Below are positions 47,105 through 57,826 of a stretch of DNA of 64,000 nt, one piece after another. Under the pieces are notes generated by a model. The model saw nothing but the letters and a program-made list of their open reading frames with translations, made no database searches and was not told the origin of the DNA. The stretch lies in NCBI GenBank assembly GCA_965249725.1, contig CBDFMQ010000001.1:1-64000 (forward strand), written 5' to 3'. Source of the DNA: Longimicrobiales bacterium. GTDB lineage: Bacteria; Gemmatimonadota; Gemmatimonadetes; Longimicrobiales; Gaopeijiaceae. Position 1 is the stretch's first letter. Every line of letters begins with the position of its first letter. Both the position numbers and the translations under genes were made by a program.

Positions 47105-50100
47105 TCACTCCCCGCAGGTCTGGATCACGTAGTCTTCCGACAGCACCCGATCCATCACCTCGACCACGCGGTCGGCGTCACCCTCCGTGAACACGAGGGG
47201 AGGCTTGATCTTGATGACGTTGTGATCGGGTCCGTCCGTACTCAGTAGGATGCCGTGGTCCTTCATCCTCTCGACCACATAGGTGGCCACGCCGGCGTGA
47301 GGCGTGCGTCGCTCGGCGTCCGATACGATCTCGATTCCGAGGAACAGACCGAGGCCCCGTGCATCTCCCACTGATGCGTGTCGCTGCGCGAGTCCGTTGA
47401 GTCCGTCTCTCAGGCGAGTGCCCACGCGATGGGCATGCTCTTGTAGGCCCTCGGCCTCGATCACGTCGAGGACCGCCAGGCCGACGGCGCACGAGACGGG
47501 ATTGCCACCGAAGGTGTTGAAGTACTCCATGCCATTCGCGAAGCTCTTGGCGATCGCCGGCGTGGTGACGACGGCGCCCAGCGGGTGTCCGTTCCCGATC
47601 GGCTTACCCATGGTCACGATGTCGGGTACGACGCCCTGGGTCTCGAAGCCCCAGAAGTGACTTCCCACACGGCCGAAGCCCACTTGGACCTCGTCGCAGA
47701 TGCAGACTCCACCGTCTTCGCGCACCAGGGCGTACGCCGCCTCGAGGTATCCGGGCGGAAGTTCGATCTGGCCTCCGCAGCTCAACAGGCTCTCGCAAAT
47801 GAACGCAGCGGGACCGAAGGACCGGCGGTGCGCCTCTGCCGCCGCCTCTCGCTGGTCGGCGAAGCGCTGGCCTCGATCGGGGAGGGGTCGCCGGTACTGT
47901 CCGCGGTAGTCATCGGGCATGGTGACCGCATGGATATGCGGGGCGGCCCCCTCTCCGCCCGGCCCCTCGAACTTGTAGGGGCTGATGGCCACGGTAGCTC
48001 CCGTATTGCCGTGGTACGCACCCTCCACCACGAGAAAGTCATCCCGGTGGGTGTGGGCGTGGGCCAGCCGCAGCGCCAACTCGTTGGCCTCGCTGCCTGA
48101 ATTGACCAGGAAGCAGACGGAGAGCGGGTCGGGCAAGGTCGAGGTCAGGCGTTCGCAATAGCGCCCGATGAGTTCGTGGAGATACCGAGTATTGGTGTTG
48201 AGAACGCCCATCTGCCCGCGGGCGGCCGCGACAACGCGGGGGTGACAATGTCCCACGTGACAGACGTTGTTCACGCCGTCGAGGTAGGCTTGGCCCTCTG
48301 CGTCGATGAGGTGCTGCTTCCATCCACGGACGATTAGGAGCGGATCGCGGTACGAGAGGCTCAAGGCCGATGACAGGTGGGCACGGCGGAGATCGCGGAT
48401 CTCTTTCACGGGAGGCGGCGCGTACGTCGAGCCCTCGGGCAGGGTGAGCATGACGCCCGGGTCGGGGGAAATGCTGAGCCACAGGTTCTGTTGGCTGGGC
48501 AGGGCGACGCCGGGGAAGTTCCCATCTGCTTCCAGGAGATCGGTGATCAACTGGAAGTGCAGATGTGGCGGCCAGTCTCCGTTCTCGGGGTAGTCGCCGA
48601 GCCGTGCGATCTCCTGTCCGCCGGCGACGGGACTCCCGACCTCGAGGCCCTCTAGCGATTGGGCGTCCAGGTGCCCGTACAGCGTGTAGAACTTCGGCCC
48701 GTCCTCGGGCGAATGCTCGAGAATGATCGTGGGTCCGTAGTCCAGACGCTCCGAGTTGTTCTTCAGACTCTTGATGTGGCCGGCGAGAGGGGCCAAGACG
48801 CTGCTTCCGGCCGGGAGGAAGATGTCGATGGCCGTGTGCACCGTCCTCCGCTCCGGGAACTCCCCCGCGACCCGTCCGTAGTTTTCCGAGGCGTACCAAA
48901 CTCGGGGCTCGGCATATCGGCCGATGCCCACCGTGACACCGTGGTCCTCCAGTTGGCGCATAAGGTGCCGGTCGAACGCTGCGGGATCGAGGACCCGATC
49001 CAGGTCGTCGATGTCCGGACTGGCCGCGCTCAGGTCGAAGACCACAGCATCGCCCAGGTCCTCGCGCACCACGGGCCCCATCTCCTCCCGGTGTGACTCG
49101 ATCCAGTCGATCACCTCGTGATGTCGGGGGCAGGGCTCGAGGCTACAAGCATCCCGGAAGAGGTTGCGGGCCAAACGAGGATGAACGGAGGCCAGATGAT
49201 CCAGCGCCTCCCACGCCGGGACCTCACTGATCGTGAGGTAACCGTCGTCCGCGTCGGTCCGGTCGTCTGAGGCGGAGACGCTGACGCTGATACCCAGTCG
49301 GGCCTGGACGAGGGGGAGGAGCACCTCGATCTCGCCCTCGGTGAGGGGCCGATGGCGCTGGTAGCCACGGACCACCGAGACCATCGCGGCCACAGGATCG
49401 GCCATGCCCATGATGGCGTACGCCGCGCCAATGGCGAGGTCGCATACGGTGGCGCTCTCCAGTACGTCCCCGAAGTCCAGGAGTCCGACGACCTTCCGTC
49501 CGAGCGGCGAAGCGGGGCCCACCAAGACGTTGTAGTCGTTGGCGTCATTGTGGATGACGCTCCTCGGAACGTCGGCCAGGATCGGGGCCACGGTCGTTTC
49601 AAACGTCCGGCTCACGGCTTCGACCTGGGCGCTGCGCTGCGCGTCGGTGATTCCTGATATGTTCTGAGCGATGACCTCGGGAGCCCGGGTTAGATCCCAC
49701 TGAAAGTCCTCCCGAACCGCCGCCGGATGGTCGAATCCGGCGAGTGCTGCATCGAGGCGACCCATCGCCTCACCGAAGGACTCCAGTAGAGCCGTCGTCC
49801 GGGGTCGGATCGTTCCGAGTACGTCGCCCTGCACGTAGGTAAGGAGACGCACCCAGTGGGCCTCCCCGTCGGGACCGGTGGCGGTGAGACCTCGGTCTCC
49901 CGTTGTGGTCGGCACCGTCCTCGGGAGGTCGATTCCGATGTTCCGGTCGGCTAAGAATGCCAGGGTGTCCGTCTGGAGATCCAGCAGTGCCTTCGGCTCG
50001 TCGGCGTTGGCGATCTTCAGGATGAACCGTTCACCGCCGTCGGTAACCACACGGAAGTTCTGGTCCCGCCAACTGGGCAACGACTCGACGTCGCCGACGA

Positions 50101-50179
50101 GTCCGAAGCTGGACCCGAGCAGCTCGAGAGCCTGCACGTTCGTGAGGCAAGGAGGCTGGTTCGGTGTTGGGGTTTTCAC
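47105..50179 (-). CDS. Phosphotransferase - M23 - class III aminotransferase fusion
   Basis: [54 protein letters not shown]. Confidence 0.9.
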   Translation of the reverse strand: MKTPTPNQPPCLTNVQALELLGSSFGLVGDVESLPSWRDQNFRVVTDGGERFILKIANADEPKALLDLQTDTLAFLADRNIGIDLPRTVPTTTGDRGLTATGPDGEAHWVRLLTYVQGDVLGTIRPRTTALLESFGEAMGRLDAALAGFDHPAAVREDFQWDLTRAPEVIAQNISGITDAQRSAQVEAVSRTFETTVAPILADVPRSVIHNDANDYNVLVGPASPLGRKVVGLLDFGDVLESATVCDLAIGAAYAIMGMADPVAAMVSVVRGYQRHRPLTEGEIEVLLPLVQARLGISVSVSASDDRTDADDGYLTISEVPAWEALDHLASVHPRLARNLFRDACSLEPCPRHHEVIDWIESHREEMGPVVREDLGDAVVFDLSAASPDIDDLDRVLDPAAFDRHLMRQLEDHGVTVGIGRYAEPRVWYASENYGRVAGEFPERRTVHTAIDIFLPAGSSVLAPLAGHIKSLKNNSERLDYGPTIILEHSPEDGPKFYTLYGHLDAQSLEGLEVGSPVAGGQEIARLGDYPENGDWPPHLHFQLITDLLEADGNFPGVALPSQQNLWLSISPDPGVMLTLPEGSTYAPPPVKEIRDLRRAHLSSALSLSYRDPLLIVRGWKQHLIDAEGQAYLDGVNNVCHVGHCHPRVVAAARGQMGVLNTNTRYLHELIGRYCERLTSTLPDPLSVCFLVNSGSEANELALRLAHAHTHRDDFLVVEGAYHGNTGATVAISPYKFEGPGGEGAAPHIHAVTMPDDYRGQYRRPLPDRGQRFADQREAAAEAHRRSFGPAAFICESLLSCGGQIELPPGYLEAAYALVREDGGVCICDEVQVGFGRVGSHFWGFETQGVVPDIVTMGKPIGNGHPLGAVVTTPAIAKSFANGMEYFNTFGGNPVSCAVGLAVLDVIEAEGLQEHAHRVGTRLRDGLNGLAQRHASVGDARGLGLFLGIEIVSDAERRTPHAGVATYVVERMKDHGILLSTDGPDHNVIKIKPPLVFTEGDADRVVEVMDRVLSEDYVIQTCGE

Positions 50180-50279
50180 GATCGCAAGGTACCCGCGTCG
50201 CGACCGCTCTGCCATCCGGAACCGGGCGGTTCTTACGGGTTCGAGGAGGCCCCGGAATCAGACCGTTGCTGGAACGACG

Positions 50280-50648
50280 TCAGGCCGGAGAGGGCCAGGG
50301 GTTCGGCTCGGGTCGCACGCCTTTGCGGGGCGGAGCCTCGAGATTGGCCATGCGCTCCATGAATGCGCGCTCGTCGCGACTCAGGGTGTCGACACCGGCT
50401 CCGTCAATCTGGCGGAGGAGGCGCTCGACGTATTCCCGATTGACCTCATGAAGCCGATCGAGCTTGATGTGGCGCCACCACTCCTCGTCCTCTTGGTCTC
50501 GGACACCCTTGGAGGCGTAGTAGGAGTTCGGGCGCTCCACCACGCGCTGTGTGGCGATCAACTTTTGCTTGTGGCTCACCCATGCTCTCCGGAGGCTGAA
50601 GCCTCCGAGAACAACGGCCAGTATCAAAGTCGGCAACCAAGTAAGCAT
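50280..50648 (-). CDS. Small membrane-anchored protein
   Basis: N-terminal TM; C-terminal VERLLRQI...GVDTLSRDERAFM. Confidence 0.7.
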   Translation of the reverse strand: MLTWLPTLILAVVLGGFSLRRAWVSHKQKLIATQRVVERPNSYYASKGVRDQEDEEWWRHIKLDRLHEVNREYVERLLRQIDGAGVDTLSRDERAFMERMANLEAPPRKGVRPEPNPWPSPA

Positions 50649-50940
50649 CTAGTCCACCACCCTGCGGGCTCCACCAACTACTCTACGTACTGTTCGACGC
50701 CCCATGTGTTCCGAGGGTTGCGAGTCCCCCGGTGATTCTAGTACGCGTGGACCTACCCGAAAGGTTTCAGGGTGGACCCGCCTGGCGGTCCGGGGCGTGG
50801 GCGCGCTGGAGGGTCCGGGCGATCTCGCGGTCGTATTGAAGTAGGAGCCCGGTCGCGTACATACGACCGTTTGACCACTGCTCGCAACCAGCAGCAGATA
50901 ATTCCCTTATCTCACTTGTTTATTTCTGGCTATCAGCTAA

Positions 50941-50960
50941 ATTCATACGAACGTTTGAAT
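50941..50960. promoter_or_regulatory. Probable TetR operator
   Basis: ATTCATACG-AA-CGTTTGAAT imperfect palindrome 16 bp upstream of the TetR start, in an AT-rich tract. Confidence 0.65.
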
Positions 50961-50976
50961 CATCCTGGGAGATCAT

Positions 50977-51603
50977 ATGAACAACGCCTCCGTGGCTACG
51001 GATACCTCCGCTCGACTCAGGGCAGCGGGGCGACAGATCTTCGCGCGCCAGGGTTATGAGGGGGCCTCGGTACGGACGATCACGCGAGAGGCGCGGGCCA
51101 ACCTCGGGGCCGTGACGTACCACTTCGGCAGTAAGGAAGGACTTTACGAGGCTGTCGTCGACGGCGCGCTCGCGCCGTTGAGAGACCGGGTCACGGAGGC
51201 CGCCTCGGTCCCCGGCCCGCCGCTCGAGAGAATCCGGGGCGTGGTCCGAGCCTTCTTTGCTCACCTGAGCGACAATCCGGACATGCCTCACTTCATGCTC
51301 CAGCAGGTGACATCCGGCGTCGAGCCCATCGAGCCCGTGCAGCAGACGATGCAGCACGTGATCGGAACACTCTCGACCCTTCTCCTCGAGGGACAGAAGG
51401 ATGGAAGCATCCATCCGTCAGACACGTTGCCCACGGTGATCGGGATCATCGCCCTCCCGGTGCACCTGACCCTGGTGGGTCAGCTGTTGTCCAGGGCGGG
51501 CGGCCTCCCCGGCGGACTTCTCGGGGGCGTGGCCGCGGACCGAGCGGAGGAGCACGCAGTGCAATTCGTCACACGGGCGCTCGGCGTCGAGGGGGGATCA
51601 TGA
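50977..51603 (+). CDS. TetR/AcrR family regulator
   Basis: FARQGYEGASVRTI...YHFGSKEGLY. Confidence 0.93.
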   Translation: MNNASVATDTSARLRAAGRQIFARQGYEGASVRTITREARANLGAVTYHFGSKEGLYEAVVDGALAPLRDRVTEAASVPGPPLERIRGVVRAFFAHLSDNPDMPHFMLQQVTSGVEPIEPVQQTMQHVIGTLSTLLLEGQKDGSIHPSDTLPTVIGIIALPVHLTLVGQLLSRAGGLPGGLLGGVAADRAEEHAVQFVTRALGVEGGS

Positions 51604-53012
51604 ACGTTCGTGCGAGTATCCATCGGGTTGTGCCACGCATCGTGACGCTCGCCGGGCCGCTCGCCGTGACGCTCGCCGTGGCCGTTGCCGCGACGTCGCC
51701 GCAACTCGCAGTGGCTCAGGTGGCAGGTGCTTCAATCGCCGATGCCACCCTGACGCTGTCCCAAGCCGTGTAGATGACCCTGGAAAGCCACCCGTTCCTA
51801 CTGGGTGGCGTGGCCCGACAGAGAGCGGCCGAGGAGGCGCACCGGGTCAGCTCGGGAGAGCGCTTTCCCTCCTTGAGCCTGCAAGGGACCGCCACCCAGT
51901 TCGAGGAGCCGATGGTCGTCACGCCCATCCATGGCTTCGAGCCATCCCTTATCCCGCCCTTCGACGAGACGCTCTTCCGGGCCGGAGCCGTAGTCGGGTA
52001 CACGGTCTTCGATGGCGGCGGGCGAGGGGCTCGGATCTCGGCATCGGCGGCGCGGGCCACGGCAGCACAGTCAGATCTCGCCGCGGCCCGGCAAGAACTC
52101 ATCGGCCAGGTGGCCGTGAGCTATCTCGGCGTGCTTCTGGCTCGAGATCAGCTGGCGGCTCATGACCAACGGATCGCCGCGCTCGAGTCCGAGCTCGACA
52201 GAGCACAAGACCTCCTGGCCGTGGGCCGGGCTCCGCAGGTCGAGGTCCTCCGTGTGGAAGCTGCATTGGCCGACGCGCGGGCGGACCGTATCAGGACGAC
52301 CACGATGCGACGGGTAGCCGAGGGGGACCTGGGCCGGTTGGTGGGCTTGCCGGACGGCTTGTTGCGCGACTGGACGTTGAGGGAGGTCACGCTCTTGGAC
52401 GATGCCGATCCCGATCGCTCGGAGCTGTTCTCCCAATCCGTAGCTGCCAATCCGAGCGTACAGCGCGCCAGGGACGATCTAACGGCGTCCGAAGCCGCGG
52501 TGAGCATCGCACGGGGAGCACGTAGACCCAACATCGACCTTCAGGCAGCCTATGTGGATCAGGGCAGCCTTGAAGGGCATTTCACCGCCGAGTGGAACGT
52601 CGGACTCGCCGTCTCCGTGCCCCTCTTTACCGGTGGGCGCCTCAGCCACGGCGTCTCCCAGGCCGAGGCCCTCCGCGAGGCTTCGCGGGAGGGTGTACGT
52701 CTCGCCGAGCTGAAGGCGGCATCCGGGGTCGACCGGGCACTGGCAGCGTGGGAGGAGGCCGAAGCCCGTAGCACGAGCCTTCGAGTCGCGGTGGATCGCT
52801 CCAGTGAGGTGGCCCGCATCGAACGACTCCGTGTCGATACCGGTGTCGGGGTCCAGACGGACTATCTACAGGCCGAGGCGACTCTCCTCTCGCTCCGCGT
52901 GGCCCTCAGTGAAGCCGAGCACGGTGCCGTGCTCGCGCGCATCCAACTAGCCAAGGCCGTGGGCGGGCTCGATGAGAGCTGGCTCGCAGAGAATCTGGGA
53001 GACGCATCATGA
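51600..53012 (+). pseudogene. TolC-family outer membrane protein with in-frame TAG at 51771-51773
   Basis: ATG 51600 (ATGA overlap) gives a signal peptide and LTLSQAV*MTLESHP, continuing in frame. Confidence 0.8.
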
Positions 53013-54050
53013 GTGGACGTAGACCCCCGAGACCCGTTCTGGCTGTCATCGTACTAGCGCTCGCAGGTGCTGTCCTTTTGGTTCGGATTCCTCCGGGACG
53101 GCCCGGCCGGCGACGGCCTATTGGTTTCCGGCACGGTAGAGGCTACGGAGGGCCAACTCGCCTTCCAGTCGGCAGGTCGAATTCTGGAGGTGAACGCGAG
53201 CGAGGGCGATCGGGTGACCGCCGGCCAGCAGTTGGCCACCCTCGACCGGTCCGAACTGGATGCCCGCCGAGCCCAGCTTCTCGCTCAGCTCGCTGCGGCT
53301 CGCGCCGGTCTGGCGGAGCTTCGGAGCGGATTCCGCGAGGAGGAGGTGGCTCAAGGGCGTGCCGGCCTCCGGGCTTCCGAGGCGCAGGTAGCCGACGCCG
53401 AGCGTGATCTGGCCCGCGCCCGGCTCCTGCACGACGGTGGGGCCGTGAGCGAGGAGGCGTTGGAGAAGAGCGAGCTCAAGTTGAGCCTGGCTCGTATCCA
53501 AGCCGACGAACGCGGGGAGGCGGTTCGCCTTCTCGAGTCAGGGCCCCGTCCGGAGAGGGTCGAGGCTCAGGCCGCCCAGGTGGCCGCGGCAGAGGCCGGG
53601 ATTCGCGTCGTGGACGCCGCCCTGTCCTTTGCGGCGATCACGGCTCCCTTCGACGGCGTGGTGACCGTGAAGCACCGAGAGCCGGGTGAGACCGCTCCGC
53701 CGGGGGCACCCGTCCTGACTCTTATGAATCCGGACGATCGTTGGGTACGCATCTACGTGCCGGAAGACCGGATCGGTCGGGTGAGCCTGGGGCAGGCGGC
53801 CACCATCACCTCCGACAGCTATCCGGACCGAAGCCACGAGGGGCGGGTGACCTTCATCGCTTCCGAAGCGGAATTCACCCCGAAGAATGTCCAGACGCCT
53901 GAGGAGCGGGTGAAGCTCGTCTATGCCGTGAAGGTCCAGGTGGTGGGCGACGGGGGGTACGAACTCAAGCCGGGGATGCCTGCCGACGTGCGACTGGACG
54001 ACGGCCAACTGGCCGAAGGGCAGCCTGGCGACCCGGGCGCGACTCCGTGA
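53009..54050 (+). pseudogene. HlyD-family membrane fusion protein with a frameshift near 53076-53079
   Basis: N-terminal anchor in frame from 53009; SGTVEA...AEFTPKNVQT body in the +1 frame. Confidence 0.75.
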
Positions 54051-55021
54051 ACGATGAAACCGGTCCGGCGGTCCGGACCGACGGGCTGACCCGATCGTTC
54101 GGGCCCCTGGTCGCTGTCGACGGCCTATCCCTCGAGGTAGCGAGGGGAGAGCTGTTTGGCCTCGTTGGCCCCGATGGCGCGGGAAAGACGACCACGCTGC
54201 GCATGCTGGCCGGCGTCCTGCCCCCGACGAGCGGGCGGGCATGGGTCTTCGAAACGGACGTCGGTGAGGACCCGGAGGCCGCTAAGGCCAAGACCGCCTA
54301 TATGTCGCAGCGCTTCGGCCTGTACCATGACCTGACGGTGAGCGAGAACCTGGACTTCTACGCCGATCTGTTCGGTGTTCCCCGATCGCAGCGACCGGAG
54401 AGGCTCGCTCGACTGTACGAATTCTCGGGCCTCGCTCCCTTCCGGGACCGCCGCGCCGAGGCTCTCTCCGGTGGCATGAAGCAGAAGCTCGGTCTCTCCT
54501 GTGCCCTGATCCATCGCCCGAGTCTGCTTCTCCTGGACGAGCCGACCTTCGGGGTGGACCCGATCTCACGACGCGATCTCTGGCTGATCATCCACGAGAT
54601 GGTCGACGAGGGCGTGACGGTGGTGGTGAGCACGGCCTACATGGACGAGGCCGAGCGATTCGATCGGCTGGCGTTTCTCGAGGCGGGCAAGACCCTCTCC
54701 GTGGATACACCCGATGCACTGCGAAAGGGCTTGTCAGGGCGGCTGCTTTCAGTGTGGGCAGGTGATCGCTCGCGGGCGGCCCGTGACGTGTTGAGAGCGA
54801 CCCCGTCCGTCGCCAGTGCCTCTGTGTTCGGAGACCGCCTGCACGTAGTGGTCGACGACGCGGAAGCGGGTATGGATGTCGTCCGGGCCGCCCTCGGCGC
54901 GGAGGGGTTCTCCGAGGTGGACGTAGACACCATCGCGGAGCCCTCGCTCGAGGACGTGTTCATGGATCAGGTGGAAGGAACCGGCGGAGGAAGCGGCGGA
55001 GATGGCGATGACATCGTCTGA
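54047..55021 (+). CDS. ABC-2 type ATPase
   Basis: GPDGAGKTT, LSGGMKQKL, LDEPTFGVDP. Confidence 0.93.
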   Translation: MNDETGPAVRTDGLTRSFGPLVAVDGLSLEVARGELFGLVGPDGAGKTTTLRMLAGVLPPTSGRAWVFETDVGEDPEAAKAKTAYMSQRFGLYHDLTVSENLDFYADLFGVPRSQRPERLARLYEFSGLAPFRDRRAEALSGGMKQKLGLSCALIHRPSLLLLDEPTFGVDPISRRDLWLIIHEMVDEGVTVVVSTAYMDEAERFDRLAFLEAGKTLSVDTPDALRKGLSGRLLSVWAGDRSRAARDVLRATPSVASASVFGDRLHVVVDDAEAGMDVVRAALGAEGFSEVDVDTIAEPSLEDVFMDQVEGTGGGSGGDGDDIV

Positions 55022-55349
55022 CGACTCCCCGCGAGGCGGAGGGCCGGTCACCGACGAGCACGCCGTCACGGCGAATGGTCTGACCTGTCGTTTCGGCGAT
55101 TTCGTGGCCGTGGACCGAGTCTCTTTCGAGGTGAGACCCGGCGAGATCTTCGGGTTCTTGGGACCGAATGGGGCCGGAAAGACGACCACGATCAAGATGC
55201 TCACCGGGCTCATTCCTCCCACCTCCGGCGAGGGTCGTGTCGCGGGTCTCGACGTGGGAACGCAGCGCCCGGCCATCAAACGCCGCATCGGATATATGTC
55301 CCAGCTGTTCTCTCTCTACGCCGACCTGACGGTGGATGAGAACATCCGC
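55002..55349 (+). pseudogene. Second ABC ATPase, truncated after YADLTVDENIR
   Basis: Walker A and Q-loop present; signature and Walker B absent; phage DNA follows. Confidence 0.85.
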
Positions 55350-55415
55350 ATCTACTACAATCGAGCGAATACAACACTCTGTGGCTTGGCATATGGCAAA
55401 CCGTTGTTTTCGCTG

Positions 55416-56666
55416 TCACCCCTGAATCCTCCTTTCGATGTACTGAACGGCGGCCCGGTAGGTGTCAGGAATAAGGTGGGCGTAGGTCTCCTCGACGACC
55501 TTGGTCGTGTCACCTAGCAGGGTGGCGATCACATTGAGCGGAACGCCGTCCTGGGCCAGCCATGAGGCATAGGTGTGACGGCCACTGTGTAAGGTGAGCC
55601 CGTCGCCTTCCCTTCCGTACTTGATCCCGGCCAGCTCGAAGGCGTCCTGGGTCCAGCGAGCCGAGGTGCCGGCCGCCACAGGCTGGTCCCCGCGATGAGG
55701 GCTCAGAATCAAGTACCGCTCCCCGGCATACCCTCTGCGGATGTGATCTTCGATGATCGTGACGAGGCTCTCGGTGATCGGTACGTCCCTTTCACCACGC
55801 CGCGTCTTCGGCCTCCAGGAGTAAACATCCTTTCGGGACTGTACCCGGATCAGTGGTTCGCTGCCATCTAGAAGGACATCAACGCCAGTCCTTAGATGTA
55901 GTATCTCGCCTTGGCGCAGGCCCGCGAGGAACGCAATCGCGATCATGGCGCGGTGTGGGGTCCCAATCATGCTACGATCCAGGTCCGCCCACTCCGGCGG
56001 AGTCAGGAACACGGCCCGCGTGGGCCGGATCTCGGGCATGTCGATGCCCTTCCAGGGGTTGCTACGGATCGCGGGCTGTACGTTGCGGCGAGCGAGCAGA
56101 TCGGCCTCCTCGTCCATGACCATGCTCCAGAGTGCCCCGCACACGACCTGGCAAGCCCCTTGGCTGGCAGGTGCCCACGGACGCCCCGCTGTGCTTGCTT
56201 TCGGGCCGTGCAGGTACGCGCGCGCCTCGTCGACCGTCAGCTCTTCCATAGGGAAGTCCGGGCCGACGTCTCTCTCAAGGTGCCCGAGAACGGTCCGATA
56301 CTTCTTGATGGTGGCCCTGCCGCGTGTGGCCTCTTTGAGCCTCAGGAACCTCTCGACGGCCGGCCCGAGCCTAGGCGAATCAGAGCCCATGCGCCGCAGC
56401 TTGGTGGCGTCGCCGTTACGTAGCGCGGCCTGAGCGTCGGTGATGTGCATGTCGCCACGGCGGATCGCCTCAAGCACGTTCCAGTCGCCACGATCCATGA
56501 GCTGAGTCAAAACGGTATGGCGCTCGGTGGCCACATCCCGATCGCCGGTCCTGAGCGAGATCGCCAGGCGGCCGCCGTTGAACCGCGAGTGCCTACGGTC
56601 GAAGTAGGCGCGGCCAGCTCGCCATACGAGGCCCTTGGGGGCACGTGAGCGCTTTCTAGGACTCAC
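55416..56666 (-). CDS. int: Tyrosine integrase
   Basis: AGLRQGEI, PKT, HSGRHTY, LLGD, TYAHL. Confidence 0.92.
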   Translation of the reverse strand: MSPRKRSRAPKGLVWRAGRAYFDRRHSRFNGGRLAISLRTGDRDVATERHTVLTQLMDRGDWNVLEAIRRGDMHITDAQAALRNGDATKLRRMGSDSPRLGPAVERFLRLKEATRGRATIKKYRTVLGHLERDVGPDFPMEELTVDEARAYLHGPKASTAGRPWAPASQGACQVVCGALWSMVMDEEADLLARRNVQPAIRSNPWKGIDMPEIRPTRAVFLTPPEWADLDRSMIGTPHRAMIAIAFLAGLRQGEILHLRTGVDVLLDGSEPLIRVQSRKDVYSWRPKTRRGERDVPITESLVTIIEDHIRRGYAGERYLILSPHRGDQPVAAGTSARWTQDAFELAGIKYGREGDGLTLHSGRHTYASWLAQDGVPLNVIATLLGDTTKVVEETYAHLIPDTYRAAVQYIERRIQG

Positions 56667-56901
56667 TGCCCACCAGCTCCTCACACTCTTGGACGAAGCG
56701 ATCGACAGCCTTCGGCGAGATTCGGTAGCGTGCCTTGCTAGAGCGCGACACGTTCAGCACCCCCGGAGACTTCAGGTGGCCTTCGTGGATCATCTTGAGG
56801 ACGAAGCCGGTGGACATTCCGCCGATGCGCTCTGCCGCCTGTTTCGGGGAGAGCCAGTTGTACTCGGCCTCGTACTGCTCTGGGGTTTTCGTTCTGCTCA
56901 C
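56656..56901 (-). CDS. Excisionase-like HTH protein
   Basis: WLSPKQAAERIG...YRISPKAVDRF, adjacent to int. Confidence 0.8.
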   Translation of the reverse strand: MSRTKTPEQYEAEYNWLSPKQAAERIGGMSTGFVLKMIHEGHLKSPGVLNVSRSSKARYRISPKAVDRFVQECEELVGSES

Positions 56902-56902
56902 C

Positions 56903-57823
56903 TCACCACGCCTCTACGGCTTCAGTGGCCCAGGGAGTTCGGGCGCACGACCCGCTGCCCCGCTCCACCATCCGCCGGAACAAAAGGACCGCGCTGTCTT
57001 GCAGTGCGCGTTTCGTGGGCTCCAGCGCGGCCCCGGCAGCGGCCCCGGCAGCGTCCCAGGCAGCGTCCCCGGCGGCGGCCCTGGCGACGGCCCAGGCAGC
57101 GGCCCCGGCAGCGGCCCAGGCAGCGTCCCAGGCAGCGTCCCAGGCAGCGGCCCAGGCGGCGGCCCCGGCGGCCCCGGCGGCGGCCCCGGCGGCGGCCCTG
57201 GTGGCGTCCACGGCGGCGGCCCTGGCGGCGGCCCAGGCAGCGGCCCCGGCAGCGTCCCAGGCAGCGGCCCCGGCGGCGGCCCTGGTGGCGGCCCAGGCAG
57301 CGTCCCCGGCAGCGTCCCAGGCAGCGGCCCAGGCGGCGGCCCTGGTGGCGGCCCAGGCGGCGACCCCGTCCGATCTGCGAACAGCTCCTAACCTCCCTCG
57401 CGCAGCATCGAGCGTTTCCATGTTTACGATCTCGGGGAGCGACTCCAGTCCCTCAGCGTCCGTGTCCAGGCGGGCCAGCCGCAGCCATGCGGGCGTATAG
57501 GTACGGACGATCCAATCCATCGCCATGAAGCCGCGAGCCTCGGCCTGGCCATCGCTCGCCGTGCCGACGAGCGCCGGGATGAGTGGCTTCAGCCGCCCTC
57601 GTCGCTCGACGTCCAGACGGTCGTTGAGGTCGCGCCCGAACGCGCCGAGCACCGGGCAGACGCATTTCGGTTCATCGCTGTGCGGCTCGCGCGCCAGCCA
57701 GGCGACGGCCTCCATGAGGCACACGCCTTCGTCCGGGCCCTGGTGCGATCCATTTTCCAGCCTCAGGCGCCCGAACTCCTCCGCGCTCCGCCAGAACCAC
57801 GGTTCGCTACGTGTCTCTTCCAT
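56903..57823 (-). CDS. Phage protein with Cys/His N-terminal domain and Ala-rich tetrapeptide repeats
   Basis: GSH...CLMEAVAWLA..PHSD.P.CVCP; AA[WGR][AD] repeats. Confidence 0.85.
   Translation of the reverse strand: MEETRSEPWFWRSAEEFGRLRLENGSHQGPDEGVCLMEAVAWLAREPHSDEPKCVCPVLGAFGRDLNDRLDVERRGRLKPLIPALVGTASDGQAEARGFMAMDWIVRTYTPAWLRLARLDTDAEGLESLPEIVNMETLDAARGRLGAVRRSDGVAAWAATRAAAWAAAWDAAGDAAWAATRAAAGAAAWDAAGAAAWAAARAAAVDATRAAAGAAAGAAGAAAWAAAWDAAWDAAWAAAGAAAWAVARAAAGDAAWDAAGAAAGAALEPTKRALQDSAVLLFRRMVERGSGSCARTPWATEAVEAW
57029..57361 (-). repeat. 28 tandem 12-bp units (one of 9 bp), consensus GCYGCC[T/G/A]GGG[C/A]C
   Basis: Direct reading. Confidence 0.95.
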
Positions 57824-57826
57824 GAC

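Noticed and set aside
55505..55525. Integrase inactivated by LLGD in place of LLGH
   Set aside because: This position varies among tyrosine recombinases, and R, K, HxxR and Y are intact
57029..57361. Diversity-generating retroelement target
   Set aside because: No reverse transcriptase or template/variable repeat pair is visible, and the variation is not adenine-specific
56635..57528. Plus-strand ORFs with RPRQ, GPGS or AAQA repeats
   Set aside because: Shadow frames of the 12-bp repeat; the minus frame fits the operon and has a recognisable N-terminal domain
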